This document shows positions 46,967 through 57,136 of a DNA stretch of 64,000 nt, in pieces. Where the stretch lies: positions 42,613 through 106,612 of the forward strand of contig JBDTWD010000002.1 in assembly GCA_040006915.1 (NCBI GenBank). The letters are read 5' to 3'. The notes beneath the pieces are model-generated. The model worked only from the letters and a program-made list of their open reading frames with translations. It had not been told where the DNA came from and made no database searches. Numbering within the stretch: position 1 is the stretch's first letter; each line of letters begins with the position of its first letter. A program made the position numbers and the translations under genes. Origin of the DNA: Candidatus Woesebacteria bacterium. GTDB lineage: Bacteria; Patescibacteriota; Microgenomatia; UBA1400; UBA12028.

Positions 46967-49147
46967 ATGAATAGCAGAGTGCTCCAAAAAATCCAAGCAG
47001 GTACATTTCATTTTTTATTAGTGATACTTCCACTCGTATTTACGATTTCTAATGATGAATTATTTGAGTTCCCAAAAATGCTGCTTATCTACGCTGCAGC
47101 CCTTGTTCTGCTTTCCATATGGATCATTCGATCCATACAAACGCAGAAAATTGCAATCCCTCGCACGCCTTTTGATCTTCCAATCTTATTATTTGTTGGG
47201 AGTCAGATTCTCTCAACCGTTTTTTCCATCGATCCGCATACCTCTTTGTACGGATATTACTCCCGTTTTAATGGCGGACTCTTCTCCGTACTCTCTTATA
47301 CGATTCTTTTTTATAGTGCAGCGGATATCATTACGAAAGAAAACCTCAATTGGTTTATAAAAAGTTTCTTTTTAGGTGCCGGTTTAACCGCTCTCTATGC
47401 ATTTCCCGAACACTTTGGTCACAGCCCGAGCTGTTTGTTAATTACTGGATCATTTGACGCCCATTGTTGGGTACAAGATGTACAAACTCGAGTTTTCGGG
47501 ACGCTCGGACAACCAAATTGGTTGGCTGCTTATATGGCTGTGGCATTACCACTCGTTGCCACCAAAATCATCGGCAGAAAATGGTCAGTAGATAAGCTTT
47601 TCCCGGCTGTTCTTTGGCCTCTGGCTTTCGCCCTCTATGCCTTGGTCCTGCTCTACACCAAATCACGCTCTGGAATTTTAGCAGCTGGAATTGCGCTTAC
47701 CGTTCAGATAGTGGTCTTTTTTCTCGTTCGACCCCATCAAAAAATCAAGGACATCAGTTCGTCACTCTTCCCTTTCATTGTATTTGCACTTCTTACTCTA
47801 TGTATTACAAATCCAGTCAAAGACAAATTGTTTTCAATCTTACATATATCATCTCAAACTTCAGTGAGTACTGGACAAACTCAGCCTTCTGGAACGCAAC
47901 TGGAAAGTGGGGGTTCAGAATCTGGAGATATCAGGCGAGTTGTTTGGACTGGAGCCTTACGTGTTTGGCAGCGGTATCCAATTTTTGGTTCCGGAGTCGA
48001 AACCTTTGCCTACTCATACTACAAAGATCGTCCCAAGGAACACAACTTACTTTCTGAGTGGGATTTCTTATACAACAAAGCCCACAATGAATTTTTAAAT
48101 TATCTTGCTACTACAGGAATTGTTGGCTTTGGCCTCTACATCAGTATGTATGGAAGTTTCATTCTTCTTCCGTTCTGGTGGATCTATCGCAAACAGCCAC
48201 GCTCAGTTTTATCTGGTCACCGATCGATTGCCATTGAAGTGACTGATACTGAACCCTACAGTTTCTCTACGATTTTGTTCTTAACCGCAGGAAGCTGTGC
48301 GCTTTTGGGTCTGGGAGTGAGTAATTTTTTTGGCTTCTCAACCGTGGTCGTTTCATTTCTCACTTTTTTCCTTCCCGCTCTTACTGTCATCTCTGCGAAT
48401 AAAAAAAGGATTTTAACAATTCATTTGCCAACCCTCCTAAAAGATACGTGGGTACAACGCATCTTCATCGGCATCGTTCTCTTCTGTACTCTTTCTTCCT
48501 TGTTCTCGGTTTTCTCCATGTGGGACGCGGATCGAATCTATGCGAAAGGAAAGGGTTTGTTGGACCAAAGTGAGCTTCAAAGCGGAGCACTTTTAATCCA
48601 AGAGGCAGCCAAACGGGTTCCCAATGAACCAGTTTATGAAGATAAACTATCAGCCACCGCGGCAGAGCTTTCCTATGCGCTAAGCGCATCTGCTGACAGT
48701 ACCAGTGCTGCCGCTTTGGCGCAAACTGCCATTGATCACTCTGATGCGGTAATCACGGCTCATCCTGCCAATGTTAATTTCTACAAAACCAGAGTCCATA
48801 TTTTCACTTTGCTTGCCCAGATCTCTCCAGTTTTTTATGACGAGGCTACCAAAGCATTATTGGCTGCCCTTGATTTAAGCCCCACAGATCCAAAACTCAC
48901 GCACAACTTGGCTTTCATTGCCAAAGCGCAAGGAAAAACTGCCGATCAAGAGAAGTATTTGAAGGAAACACTTGAGCTGCGACCGATTGATATATCTACG
49001 CGTCTGGAACTCGGAGCGTTTTATGAAGAACAGAAGCGCATAGATGATGCAAAGACCCAGTATCAGGCAGTGTTACAATTAGATCCGGAAAATGCATCTG
49101 CGAAAACGCGAATTGCATCCATAAGTGCAGTTCCCAAAAAGAAATAA
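46967..49147 (+). CDS. O-antigen ligase/Wzy_C-family membrane protein with C-terminal TPRs
   Basis: RVFGTLGQPNWLAAY, TKSRSG, PIFGSG.ETF and KAHNEFL motifs; TPR-like C-terminus. Confidence 0.88.
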   Translation: MNSRVLQKIQAGTFHFLLVILPLVFTISNDELFEFPKMLLIYAAALVLLSIWIIRSIQTQKIAIPRTPFDLPILLFVGSQILSTVFSIDPHTSLYGYYSRFNGGLFSVLSYTILFYSAADIITKENLNWFIKSFFLGAGLTALYAFPEHFGHSPSCLLITGSFDAHCWVQDVQTRVFGTLGQPNWLAAYMAVALPLVATKIIGRKWSVDKLFPAVLWPLAFALYALVLLYTKSRSGILAAGIALTVQIVVFFLVRPHQKIKDISSSLFPFIVFALLTLCITNPVKDKLFSILHISSQTSVSTGQTQPSGTQLESGGSESGDIRRVVWTGALRVWQRYPIFGSGVETFAYSYYKDRPKEHNLLSEWDFLYNKAHNEFLNYLATTGIVGFGLYISMYGSFILLPFWWIYRKQPRSVLSGHRSIAIEVTDTEPYSFSTILFLTAGSCALLGLGVSNFFGFSTVVVSFLTFFLPALTVISANKKRILTIHLPTLLKDTWVQRIFIGIVLFCTLSSLFSVFSMWDADRIYAKGKGLLDQSELQSGALLIQEAAKRVPNEPVYEDKLSATAAELSYALSASADSTSAAALAQTAIDHSDAVITAHPANVNFYKTRVHIFTLLAQISPVFYDEATKALLAALDLSPTDPKLTHNLAFIAKAQGKTADQEKYLKETLELRPIDISTRLELGAFYEEQKRIDDAKTQYQAVLQLDPENASAKTRIASISAVPKKK

Positions 49148-49148
49148 T

Positions 49149-49730
49149 ATGGCCATCAAACCCATCCTCACCGTCCCACACGAAATTTTACGCAAGAAAA
49201 GTGTCGAAGTGGTTTTTGACAAAAAAATACGAGAAATCTCTAAAGAATTGGCCGACACCTTGTTTGCCAAGGGTAATCCAAAAGGAGTTGGTCTCTCCGC
49301 TCCCCAGATTGGCAAAAGCAAACGATTGTTTGTGACCTGGTTAGCTTCTGATCCTGAAGATGAACCTGTTCCCGAGGATTTACAAGTGTTTATCAATCCT
49401 ACATACATTGAACATTCAAGCGAAGTGACCTTTGGTCCCGACAAAGATGATCCGATTTTAGAAGGATGTTTATCTATCCCTAATTTCTATGGGCCTGTAC
49501 CACGGTTTGAATGGGTGGATATTGCCTATGAATCAGTAGACAAAGATGGCGAACTTATTTCTAAGACAGGCCGATTTGCAGGATTCTCTGCTCGGGTAAT
49601 TCAACACGAATTTGACCATTTGGAAGGCATTCTTTTTACTGATTATTCTCTCAAATACGATCTTCCCGTCTATGAATTCATCGGAAAGAAGATGAAAGAA
49701 ATTAACAAAGAGTTAGTCAAAGCCTTTTAA
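49149..49730 (+). CDS. def: Peptide deformylase
   Basis: GVGLSAPQIG, EGCLS and QHEFDHLEG motifs. Confidence 0.97.
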   Translation: MAIKPILTVPHEILRKKSVEVVFDKKIREISKELADTLFAKGNPKGVGLSAPQIGKSKRLFVTWLASDPEDEPVPEDLQVFINPTYIEHSSEVTFGPDKDDPILEGCLSIPNFYGPVPRFEWVDIAYESVDKDGELISKTGRFAGFSARVIQHEFDHLEGILFTDYSLKYDLPVYEFIGKKMKEINKELVKAF

Positions 49731-49732
49731 AC

Positions 49733-50623
49733 ATGTCATATTCCATTGTTATCGCCGGATCGACTGAGCGAACAAAACTCTGTGCTACTGCCCTTGTACA
49801 TGACCCTCGCTTTTCTCTCCAAGCAATCCTCACTCCTTCTCCTAAATCAATTGGGAGAAAGCAAATCGTGTCTAAAAACGCTTTTCATGAGTGGTCAGAA
49901 GAAAACCAAATACCAGTTCACCTTGTTGAAAAGAAAATCGATGAAAAAATAAGAACAGACCTGGAAACCATACATCCTAAACCCGACTTTTTACTTGTTG
50001 TCGACTTTGGCTATATCGTTCCCAAATGGCTACTGGCATGGCCAAGCATTGCTCCAGTTAATATCCATCCTTCAGCGTTGCCAAAATACAGGGGTTCTTC
50101 ACCTGGGCAATTCGTTTTGATGGCGGGAGAAAAAGAATCTGCTGTCTCTTTTATAGTGATGGATGAGAAATTAGATCATGGTCCACTCATTACGGCTCTC
50201 CCTTTTACGATAAAAGAAGACTGGACGGCTTCAGACTACTATTTCAAAGCCTTTTCACTCGCACAAGAAAAAATTGGGGATATTCTGTTTGAGTTTGCAA
50301 AGCATCAAGAAAGCCTGCCACAGCCAGACGAAAGCCCAACACCAGTAGCCCACATGCTTACCCGTGAAGATGGATTCGTTCCATTCGAGACACTTCTCCT
50401 ATCGATAAATACTGGGAAGGATGCTGAAAAACTATATAACCGTTGGAGAGGATTAACTCCCTGGCCCGGAATCTGGACAACAGTTCACATAGCGGGACAA
50501 GAGAAACGCATGAAAGTTCTCAAAACCCACATAGATGGGGAGAAATTTGTTTTGGACGAAGTACAGGTTGAGGGGAAAAATCCGACACACTTTACACTTG
50601 TGCAGGAACAGCTGGACGATTGA
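49733..50623 (+). CDS. fmt: Methionyl-tRNA formyltransferase
   Basis: VVDFG, NIHPSALPKYRGSSP, MDEKLDHG and PWPG motifs. Confidence 0.95.
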   Translation: MSYSIVIAGSTERTKLCATALVHDPRFSLQAILTPSPKSIGRKQIVSKNAFHEWSEENQIPVHLVEKKIDEKIRTDLETIHPKPDFLLVVDFGYIVPKWLLAWPSIAPVNIHPSALPKYRGSSPGQFVLMAGEKESAVSFIVMDEKLDHGPLITALPFTIKEDWTASDYYFKAFSLAQEKIGDILFEFAKHQESLPQPDESPTPVAHMLTREDGFVPFETLLLSINTGKDAEKLYNRWRGLTPWPGIWTTVHIAGQEKRMKVLKTHIDGEKFVLDEVQVEGKNPTHFTLVQEQLDD

Positions 50624-50792
50624 GACGCTTTAAGCAACTCGAGCAAATAGCGACACGACGACGAACTCCATCAACTTGCAAGTTTTTGTTGTGCAAGTTT
50701 GGTCTTCGAAGACGTTTGGTACGATTTTTTGCATGCGAAACGTTATTACCGTTGTCGGCATGCTTGTTACAGAAAAAACACGAGGTTGCCAT
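50592..50792 (-). CDS. rpmB: 50S ribosomal protein L28 (Zn-binding form)
   Basis: CFFC..GNNVSHAKNRTKR..RPNL..CSSC. Confidence 0.95.
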   Translation of the reverse strand: MATSCFFCNKHADNGNNVSHAKNRTKRLRRPNLHNKNLQVDGVRRRVAICSSCLKRLNRPAVPAQV

Positions 50793-50856
50793 AAGAAAGG
50801 TAGTATATCAGAAACAACCTCAAGACGAAACCCCCAGATGATGCTATGATAGCCTC

Positions 50857-51477
50857 ATGCTTTTCAGTCTTTTGTTCTCTAATCCTCTCGAGTTCCTCCT
50901 TGTCGCTGGAGCTTTGATTGTGTCACTTACCATTCACGAATTCTCACATGCTTTGGTTGCCGAGAAGTTGGGAGATCCCACTCCTCGTCTTCAAGGCCGA
51001 ATCAGCTTAAATCCTCTTGTTCATTTGGATCCTTTGGGAACAGTAGCTATGCTGTTAGTCGGGTTTGGCTGGGGAAAACCCGTCATGTTTGATCCCTACA
51101 ATCTACGTAACCCTAAACGCGACGCTGCGCTGATTGCCGCCGCTGGACCGGTGAGTAATATACTCCTCGCAACGACGCTCTCAATCCTCCTCCATCTCAT
51201 CAGTATGCCACTTTTCATTCAAGAAGTGCTGGGATTCGTGATCGCTACCAATGTTGGCTTAGCTGTCTTTAACTTAATTCCAATTCATCCGCTCGATGGA
51301 GGGAAAATCTTAATCGGCTTAGCTCCTAGAGAAGTGGCAGCCGAGTGGGACCAAATTTTGCGCCAGTATGGAACAGTGATTTTATTGTTTTTGATTCTTC
51401 CTTTAAACAATGGAACTTCGGCTGTAAGCAGCCTTATCTCTCCAATCGTCAGTGCTATACTACGTTTCTTACTGTAG
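50857..51477 (+). CDS. Site-2 protease (M50)
   Basis: HEFSH, GDPTP..GR.SLNP and NLIPIHPLDGG motifs. Confidence 0.93.
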   Translation: MLFSLLFSNPLEFLLVAGALIVSLTIHEFSHALVAEKLGDPTPRLQGRISLNPLVHLDPLGTVAMLLVGFGWGKPVMFDPYNLRNPKRDAALIAAAGPVSNILLATTLSILLHLISMPLFIQEVLGFVIATNVGLAVFNLIPIHPLDGGKILIGLAPREVAAEWDQILRQYGTVILLFLILPLNNGTSAVSSLISPIVSAILRFLL

Positions 51478-51481
51478 CCAT

Positions 51482-51847
51482 ATGAAATCCGAAAATTCTC
51501 GACTCTTCGAACAACTACCAGAGACTTTATCAATCGCGCAGCTTGCCCGCAAGTTGAACGTTAATTCCACAACGGTGCGTCAATGGATTCGCAAATATTT
51601 ATTAGAACAACCAGAAAAGAGAACCGAAGGTGGTGGACATGTGACCGGATCCCGTCGTGGCGCACTTGCGCTCACCCATGAGCAAATCGCAAAACTCACA
51701 TTCATCTCGATTTTAAAAGACCAAGCTTCCGCTACAAAGCTTGGGAATATCAGAATAGAGGTTGGCTTAAATTCTCCTGACTGGTTTTCAAAACATGAAA
51801 CACTTATTACCAAAAAGCTCCAAGTTCCGTTGCCACGTCGCAACTAA
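51482..51847 (+). CDS. MerR-like HTH protein
   Basis: LSIAQLARKLNVNSTTVRQW. Confidence 0.65.
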   Translation: MKSENSRLFEQLPETLSIAQLARKLNVNSTTVRQWIRKYLLEQPEKRTEGGGHVTGSRRGALALTHEQIAKLTFISILKDQASATKLGNIRIEVGLNSPDWFSKHETLITKKLQVPLPRRN

Positions 51848-51849
51848 CA

Positions 51850-53613
51850 TCATTGGATAATCCGCACTCCACCTAACTGCTCAAACGAGAATTCATGACT
51901 GTCATGAATAGAACCGATAAAGATATTGTTTCTATTCGTTCGAAAGCGAGTTGCATAGGTTTTCACTAATTCAGGACCAAAGGTTTCTTTCTCTTCAACT
52001 AAGAATTCAATACGAAGATTTTCAAACACATTGGCCTCTTTGAAAACCTCAATGTATTCACTGAATTTTTTAAGCAGTGTTCCCGATTCTTCATCCGATT
52101 CTTTACAAAAAATGACAGTGATATTACGACTGGTTTCGTTACGTCTGATATATTCAAGACTGCGATACAGTTTGTGTGGATGGTGAGCAAACAGAAGGAT
52201 TCGAGGTTTGACCACATGGTTAAATAACGGTTCAAGGCGGACGTAGAGAAACGGAATCCCATCAAACAGATGCAGGGTCCACTCTAAAATAGAGTCACGA
52301 TAGATCATCATCATAACAAGCGTTGCAACCGGAATAAAATACAAGAGAAAATAGAGCAAGTTGTTCGGATCGATCAAAATATTTCCAACAATCCCAAGCA
52401 GTGTAGCAACGGCAGCCAAAGCTGTATAAATAAGCGGCCCTCGGTACGAGCGCTTCAGATCTGGACGATTCGCACGCAAAATCATATTGCCTACAGCAAA
52501 TAAACTCATTACTCCCAAAAAGCTAATGGTGTATACGCCAGCAAGTGACAACAATTCTCCGCCTGTTAAAACGAGGATAGATATACAGAGCACGGCAAAC
52601 GTGACAATGATCCGATTCGCATTTTGATTTCGATTTTTTAATTTTGGCAATAAAATACTACTCGGAAAACAATGATCCAGTGTCATTCGATACAACAGTC
52701 CTGACGCTCCCACAAAACTAGCCAGCACTGCCCCTGAGAGAACCAAAAAAGCGTCTGCAACGATCAGATACTGTAATCCTGCTCCGCCGATACTAATCGC
52801 ACTTTGCGCGAGAACAAAATCTTTGGAGGCAGTAATAGCAGACAGATTCATGGTATTTAAAATGACGATCGCAATCAGTGGATTAAAAAGCACTACACCA
52901 AACAACATATTTCGTAAGGTTTTGCGGAAAACTCCTGGTTGTTGTTCTTCGACGAAATTGGCACTACTTTCAAAACCAGAAACGCCCAGCAGCGATGCAC
53001 AAAATGCAAAAAACAGCATTTTTAATGCTCCTTCACGGGCAAATAGCTCTCGGGTTGAATCAACACTTTGAGCCAAGAATCCAACGCCATGATTAAACAG
53101 CATTAAAAGCCCGATACATACGAAAAGCGTTAAAACAAAAATGTGAAACAAGAAAATTCCCTTGGCCACTTTGGCACTGTCTTTCACTCCAATGATGACT
53201 AAAAGCGCAAACGCTACAATGATAGCTGCGGTGACTGGAATAACTGGTATCGAAGTAAAAACTGTATGTAAATATGCAGCAGCAGTTTTGGCAGAAATCA
53301 CGCTGGTTGCCATATACGATAACGTCGTCATTACTCCAGCAATTGCGGCCATTGGTTTAGCAGTGGCATTGAGCAAACAGTTGTATGCACCTCCGTTCAA
53401 AGGGAGTGCTTCCACCACTTCAGTATAGACATGCTTGTACAACCACAAAACCCCACCTATCGCCAAGAAAATGACCGGTGCCCAAATCCCAGCAAAGATA
53501 ATGGTTATTCCGCAAACATATAAACAACTCGACAAAATATCGTTCCCCGCAATTGCGGTAGAAGACAGTTCATCAAGCAGTGTATGCGTCGTTTTTTTTG
53601 TTGCGTCAGGCAT
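51850..53613 (-). CDS. APC-family amino-acid permease with a C-terminal cytoplasmic domain
   Basis: STAIAGNDILSSCLY, LPLNGGAY, SGFESSANFVEEQ and multiple TM segments. Confidence 0.9.
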   Translation of the reverse strand: MPDATKKTTHTLLDELSSTAIAGNDILSSCLYVCGITIIFAGIWAPVIFLAIGGVLWLYKHVYTEVVEALPLNGGAYNCLLNATAKPMAAIAGVMTTLSYMATSVISAKTAAAYLHTVFTSIPVIPVTAAIIVAFALLVIIGVKDSAKVAKGIFLFHIFVLTLFVCIGLLMLFNHGVGFLAQSVDSTRELFAREGALKMLFFAFCASLLGVSGFESSANFVEEQQPGVFRKTLRNMLFGVVLFNPLIAIVILNTMNLSAITASKDFVLAQSAISIGGAGLQYLIVADAFLVLSGAVLASFVGASGLLYRMTLDHCFPSSILLPKLKNRNQNANRIIVTFAVLCISILVLTGGELLSLAGVYTISFLGVMSLFAVGNMILRANRPDLKRSYRGPLIYTALAAVATLLGIVGNILIDPNNLLYFLLYFIPVATLVMMMIYRDSILEWTLHLFDGIPFLYVRLEPLFNHVVKPRILLFAHHPHKLYRSLEYIRRNETSRNITVIFCKESDEESGTLLKKFSEYIEVFKEANVFENLRIEFLVEEKETFGPELVKTYATRFRTNRNNIFIGSIHDSHEFSFEQLGGVRIIQ

Positions 53614-53656
53614 CACATCTACTGTAGCAAGCCACCTCATTTTTTGCTACCCTAAC

Positions 53657-56299
53657 ATGGTGAGTAATTGGCATCTTCTTCCCCTAAACAATGTGTTTGT
53701 AAAAGTTCATTCCGACCCTGCAGGTCTACAGCTTTCGCAAGTTGTAACGCAAAGGAAATCATTTGGTCCAAACACTTTCCCATCCAGTCCAAAACATTCA
53801 GTTCTAAAACTATTTTTCTCGCAGTTTTTTAGCCCTCTGATTTTCATTCTTATTGTGGCTGCCATTCTCGTGGCGTTCATAGGGGAAAAAGCCGATAGCG
53901 TTGTCATTTTCATCATCCTAACGTTCAATGCAATCATTGGCACATATCAGGAAGGAAAAGCGGAAGCGACATTGGATTCGCTCAAGCATTTCTCCACTAC
54001 CACAGCGATAGTAATTCGGGAGGGGAACGAACAAACAATCAGCGATGAAGAAATTGTCGTTGGCGATCTCATTATTATTCGAGAAGGAGAAAAAGTTCCT
54101 GCTGATGCCCGAATCATCACAGCAAATGTGTGTTTCGTTGACGAATCGAGTCTCACTGGAGAGTCGGCTCCAGTCTACAAAGAAGTTTCGATTGGAGAGT
54201 TATCTGCTACCACCCCCTTGTCTGAACAACATACTATGTTGTTTCGTGGAACCTATATAACCCGAGGAAATGCCACTGCAGTTGTTGTTTCAACGGGGAA
54301 AGACACGGTGATTGGAAAAATTGCATTACAAGTCTCTGCAATTGACACCAACGTTCCGCTTAAAGGAAAAATCCAACGGTTATCAAAACAAATCATGTTT
54401 GCCGTGGCTGGCTTTAGCGTGTTCTTTTTGGTTTTAAGCACCCTTCGAGGGTACGAACTGACTGAGAGTATCTATACAATTATTACCCTATGTGTTTCCC
54501 TCATCCCTGAAGGATTACCCATCATTTTAACCTTGGTATTAGCATCCAGTGTGTATCGCATGAGCAAACGCAATGCATTAGTCAAAAAACTAGCAGCAGT
54601 TGAGGCATTAGGACAAGCCAGCGTCATAGCGGTCGACAAAACTGGAACCATTACCTTAAATGAACTCACGGTCGAAAAAGTGTATACCGCCGATGGAAAT
54701 CTGTTTACAGTGACTGGGCAAGGCTATGAAAATACTGGGAACATTCTCCAAGACGAGAATCCTATTCATGCCGATACCACCTCTCCATTATATCTTCTTT
54801 CTCAAATCGCCAAAGTCTGTACTCAAAGCAAGGTGAGCTATAGCAAAGAAGAAAAACGTTGGCATGTCATTGGAGAGCCTACAGAAGCAGCCCTGCTCAT
54901 TTTTGGAAATAAATACCCAGACACAAAACCCCAGATGTCGATTATCCAAAGCGATCCTTTTGACTACAAAAAAAAGTATTCCGCTCATTTGGCGCACTAT
55001 AAAGACACTTATCTTCGTGTTCACATTGGTGCTCCTGAGGTGGTCCTCGGACATTGTATTCTGCCGTCAAGACAAATGACTCAAATCCAACAACAGATTC
55101 AGACACTCACAAGTGTCGGATTACGAGTTGTGGCAATTGGTGCTCTTCAATCCACACACAAAATGCAAACAACCGATACTGGGGATTTGGAGTTCTTAGG
55201 TTTGGTTGCGATGAGAGACAGTATCCATCCGGAAGCGAGGGACGCCGTCCTCGTTGCCAAACAAGCAGGAATCAAAGTCTGTATGATCACGGGTGATCAT
55301 GAGGCCACAGCGCTGTCGATTGCCAAAGAGGTGGGAATATATACCGATGGCAATTCAACATTGACCGGCAAAGACATCGAGCAGCTCTCTCCCACAGATC
55401 TTCAAAAGCGATTGCGATCCACAACTGTAACAGTCTTTGCCAGGGTTACACCTGAACATAAATTAAAAATCATTGCTGCATTACGTGCCAATGGAGAAAC
55501 GGTAGCGATGACCGGAGATGGAGTCAATGATGCTGCGTCTTTAGTTGCAGCTGATCTTGGAATTGCAATGGGAAAGCATGGAACGGAAGTAGCGAAAGAA
55601 GCAGCCGATATTGTATTGCTTGATGATAACTTCAAGAGCATTACAGCCGCAATTCGTGAAGGAAGAAGTCTGTATTTGAGTATTAAGAATGTCATTCTCT
55701 ATTTACTCTCTACCAGCGTTGGAGAAGCGATGACCATTGCCGGGGCACTGCTTTTAGGGTTTCCTACTCCACTTCTGCCAGTACAAATTCTATGGCTTAA
55801 CTTTGTCACAGACGGATTCTTGGATGTTGCACTCTCCATGGAACCAAAAGAAAAAGGTGTCTTAGGTCATTCCTTTGCGAGGTTCAACAAATATGTGATC
55901 GATAGAACCATGGTTCTTCGAATGGTTTTAGTAGGCTTTACCATGTCGATTGGATCACTGTTTGTCTACAGTCGATTTGTTGACAGTGACCCTGCCAAAG
56001 CTCTCACCTTGGCACTCACTACGATGGCAGCTTTTCAATGGTTTAACGCGTGGAATTGTCGAAGTGCCACAAAGTCATTAACAGAGCTGGATTTCTTTGG
56101 GAACAAACCATTGCTACGAGCTACCATCTTGATCGTTCTTTTACACATCCTCGCTCTCCATACCGGTTTCATGCAAAGAGTGCTGCACACCACTCCGCTT
56201 TCTCTTTTGGAGTGGTGTATGTGTATTGGGATCGCATCCACTATTATTTTGATAGAAGAAATTCGCAAAGCTTTTGCCAGGACAAACCCAACTCTCTAA
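53657..56299 (+). CDS. P-type cation-transporting ATPase (P2A, Ca2+-like)
   Basis: LTGES, IPEGLP, DKTGT, MITGD, MTGDGVNDA and LWLNFVTD motifs. Confidence 0.95.
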   Translation: MVSNWHLLPLNNVFVKVHSDPAGLQLSQVVTQRKSFGPNTFPSSPKHSVLKLFFSQFFSPLIFILIVAAILVAFIGEKADSVVIFIILTFNAIIGTYQEGKAEATLDSLKHFSTTTAIVIREGNEQTISDEEIVVGDLIIIREGEKVPADARIITANVCFVDESSLTGESAPVYKEVSIGELSATTPLSEQHTMLFRGTYITRGNATAVVVSTGKDTVIGKIALQVSAIDTNVPLKGKIQRLSKQIMFAVAGFSVFFLVLSTLRGYELTESIYTIITLCVSLIPEGLPIILTLVLASSVYRMSKRNALVKKLAAVEALGQASVIAVDKTGTITLNELTVEKVYTADGNLFTVTGQGYENTGNILQDENPIHADTTSPLYLLSQIAKVCTQSKVSYSKEEKRWHVIGEPTEAALLIFGNKYPDTKPQMSIIQSDPFDYKKKYSAHLAHYKDTYLRVHIGAPEVVLGHCILPSRQMTQIQQQIQTLTSVGLRVVAIGALQSTHKMQTTDTGDLEFLGLVAMRDSIHPEARDAVLVAKQAGIKVCMITGDHEATALSIAKEVGIYTDGNSTLTGKDIEQLSPTDLQKRLRSTTVTVFARVTPEHKLKIIAALRANGETVAMTGDGVNDAASLVAADLGIAMGKHGTEVAKEAADIVLLDDNFKSITAAIREGRSLYLSIKNVILYLLSTSVGEAMTIAGALLLGFPTPLLPVQILWLNFVTDGFLDVALSMEPKEKGVLGHSFARFNKYVIDRTMVLRMVLVGFTMSIGSLFVYSRFVDSDPAKALTLALTTMAAFQWFNAWNCRSATKSLTELDFFGNKPLLRATILIVLLHILALHTGFMQRVLHTTPLSLLEWCMCIGIASTIILIEEIRKAFARTNPTL

Positions 56300-56316
56300 A
56301 ACTATTGATTCATCTT

Positions 56317-56700
56317 TTATCCAGTCTTATTTTTCTCTCTCATCCCCTCCACCATTTCTTCAATATGCTTTAATCTTCTATCTCTGCCTCTTAACATACT
56401 GCCCGCAAAGGTGGAAAGCACATAAAAGCCCAAGCCAATTCCTGAAAACATTATGATGAGTGTAAAGACTTTCGAAAGAGGTGACGTGGGATAGAGATCT
56501 CCGTAGCCAACCGTCGTGACTGTAGCGGCTGAGAAATACAATGAATCGAGATATGACCATCCTTCAAGATAGTGATATCCCACAGTTCCGATGGTAATAA
56601 TGCCCGCTAAACTTCCACATCCAGCCAAAAATCCTTCTGGTGGATGAACTCCCGTAAGACGTACATGCAGATGAGTAGCAGTCCAAGTCACTATTTTCAT
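56317..56700 (-). CDS. 2-TM potassium channel pore protein
   Basis: TTVGYGD selectivity filter; ATGA coupling to the upstream gene. Confidence 0.9.
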   Translation of the reverse strand: MKIVTWTATHLHVRLTGVHPPEGFLAGCGSLAGIITIGTVGYHYLEGWSYLDSLYFSAATVTTVGYGDLYPTSPLSKVFTLIIMFSGIGLGFYVLSTFAGSMLRGRDRRLKHIEEMVEGMREKNKTG

Positions 56701-57032
56701 AATCCCAGGCTCTGTTTGAGCATAACCCACCACTTCCCCCAAAAGCCAGCCCGACGGTATTCTTGCCAATATGCGCGCTTCTTGGCATCTTGTGTGCCAG
56801 CATGAGGCGGATCAATCCAAGCAGAGATAACAATCCATTCATGGCGATCATTTTGCTTGGTAATCACAGTCACTCGCTGAGAACCGAATTGTTTCTCAAA
56901 CACGGTTGTCCCGGCTTCCTTGCCAGAGTATTTCTTATCAGGAGAATGAAAAGCGTGTTCGATTTGGGACGTGTTCATGCGTCGATCGTGAATCCGATCT
57001 TTGACGTGATTGGTGAAGATAAGTGAAGACAT
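56697..57032 (-). CDS. DUF4258-like small protein
   Basis: IFTNHVKDRI..R and WIVISAW motifs. Confidence 0.65.
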   Translation of the reverse strand: MSSLIFTNHVKDRIHDRRMNTSQIEHAFHSPDKKYSGKEAGTTVFEKQFGSQRVTVITKQNDRHEWIVISAWIDPPHAGTQDAKKRAYWQEYRRAGFWGKWWVMLKQSLGL

Positions 57033-57083
57033 ACTCTCTATCATACCTCACCTCAATCCACCATATCGATGGACTCAGGCAAG

Positions 57084-57105
57084 GCCCGTAGTTTTAGCTA
57101 CGGGC
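57084..57105. terminator. Hairpin downstream of the secreted protein gene
   Basis: GCCCGTAG-TTTTAG-CTACGGGC. Confidence 0.5.
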
Positions 57106-57136
57106 TTACACTTTTATACAAATGTGAGATCAAATA

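Noticed and set aside
50592-50623. 32-nt convergent overlap of fmt and rpmB
   Set aside because: Short 3' overlaps are common in compact genomes; there is no evidence of a regulatory role.
53435-53656. N-terminal extensions of the P-type ATPase and APC permease in the ORF track, giving a head-to-head overlap
   Set aside because: Starts at 53657 and 53613 remove the overlap and match where family similarity begins.
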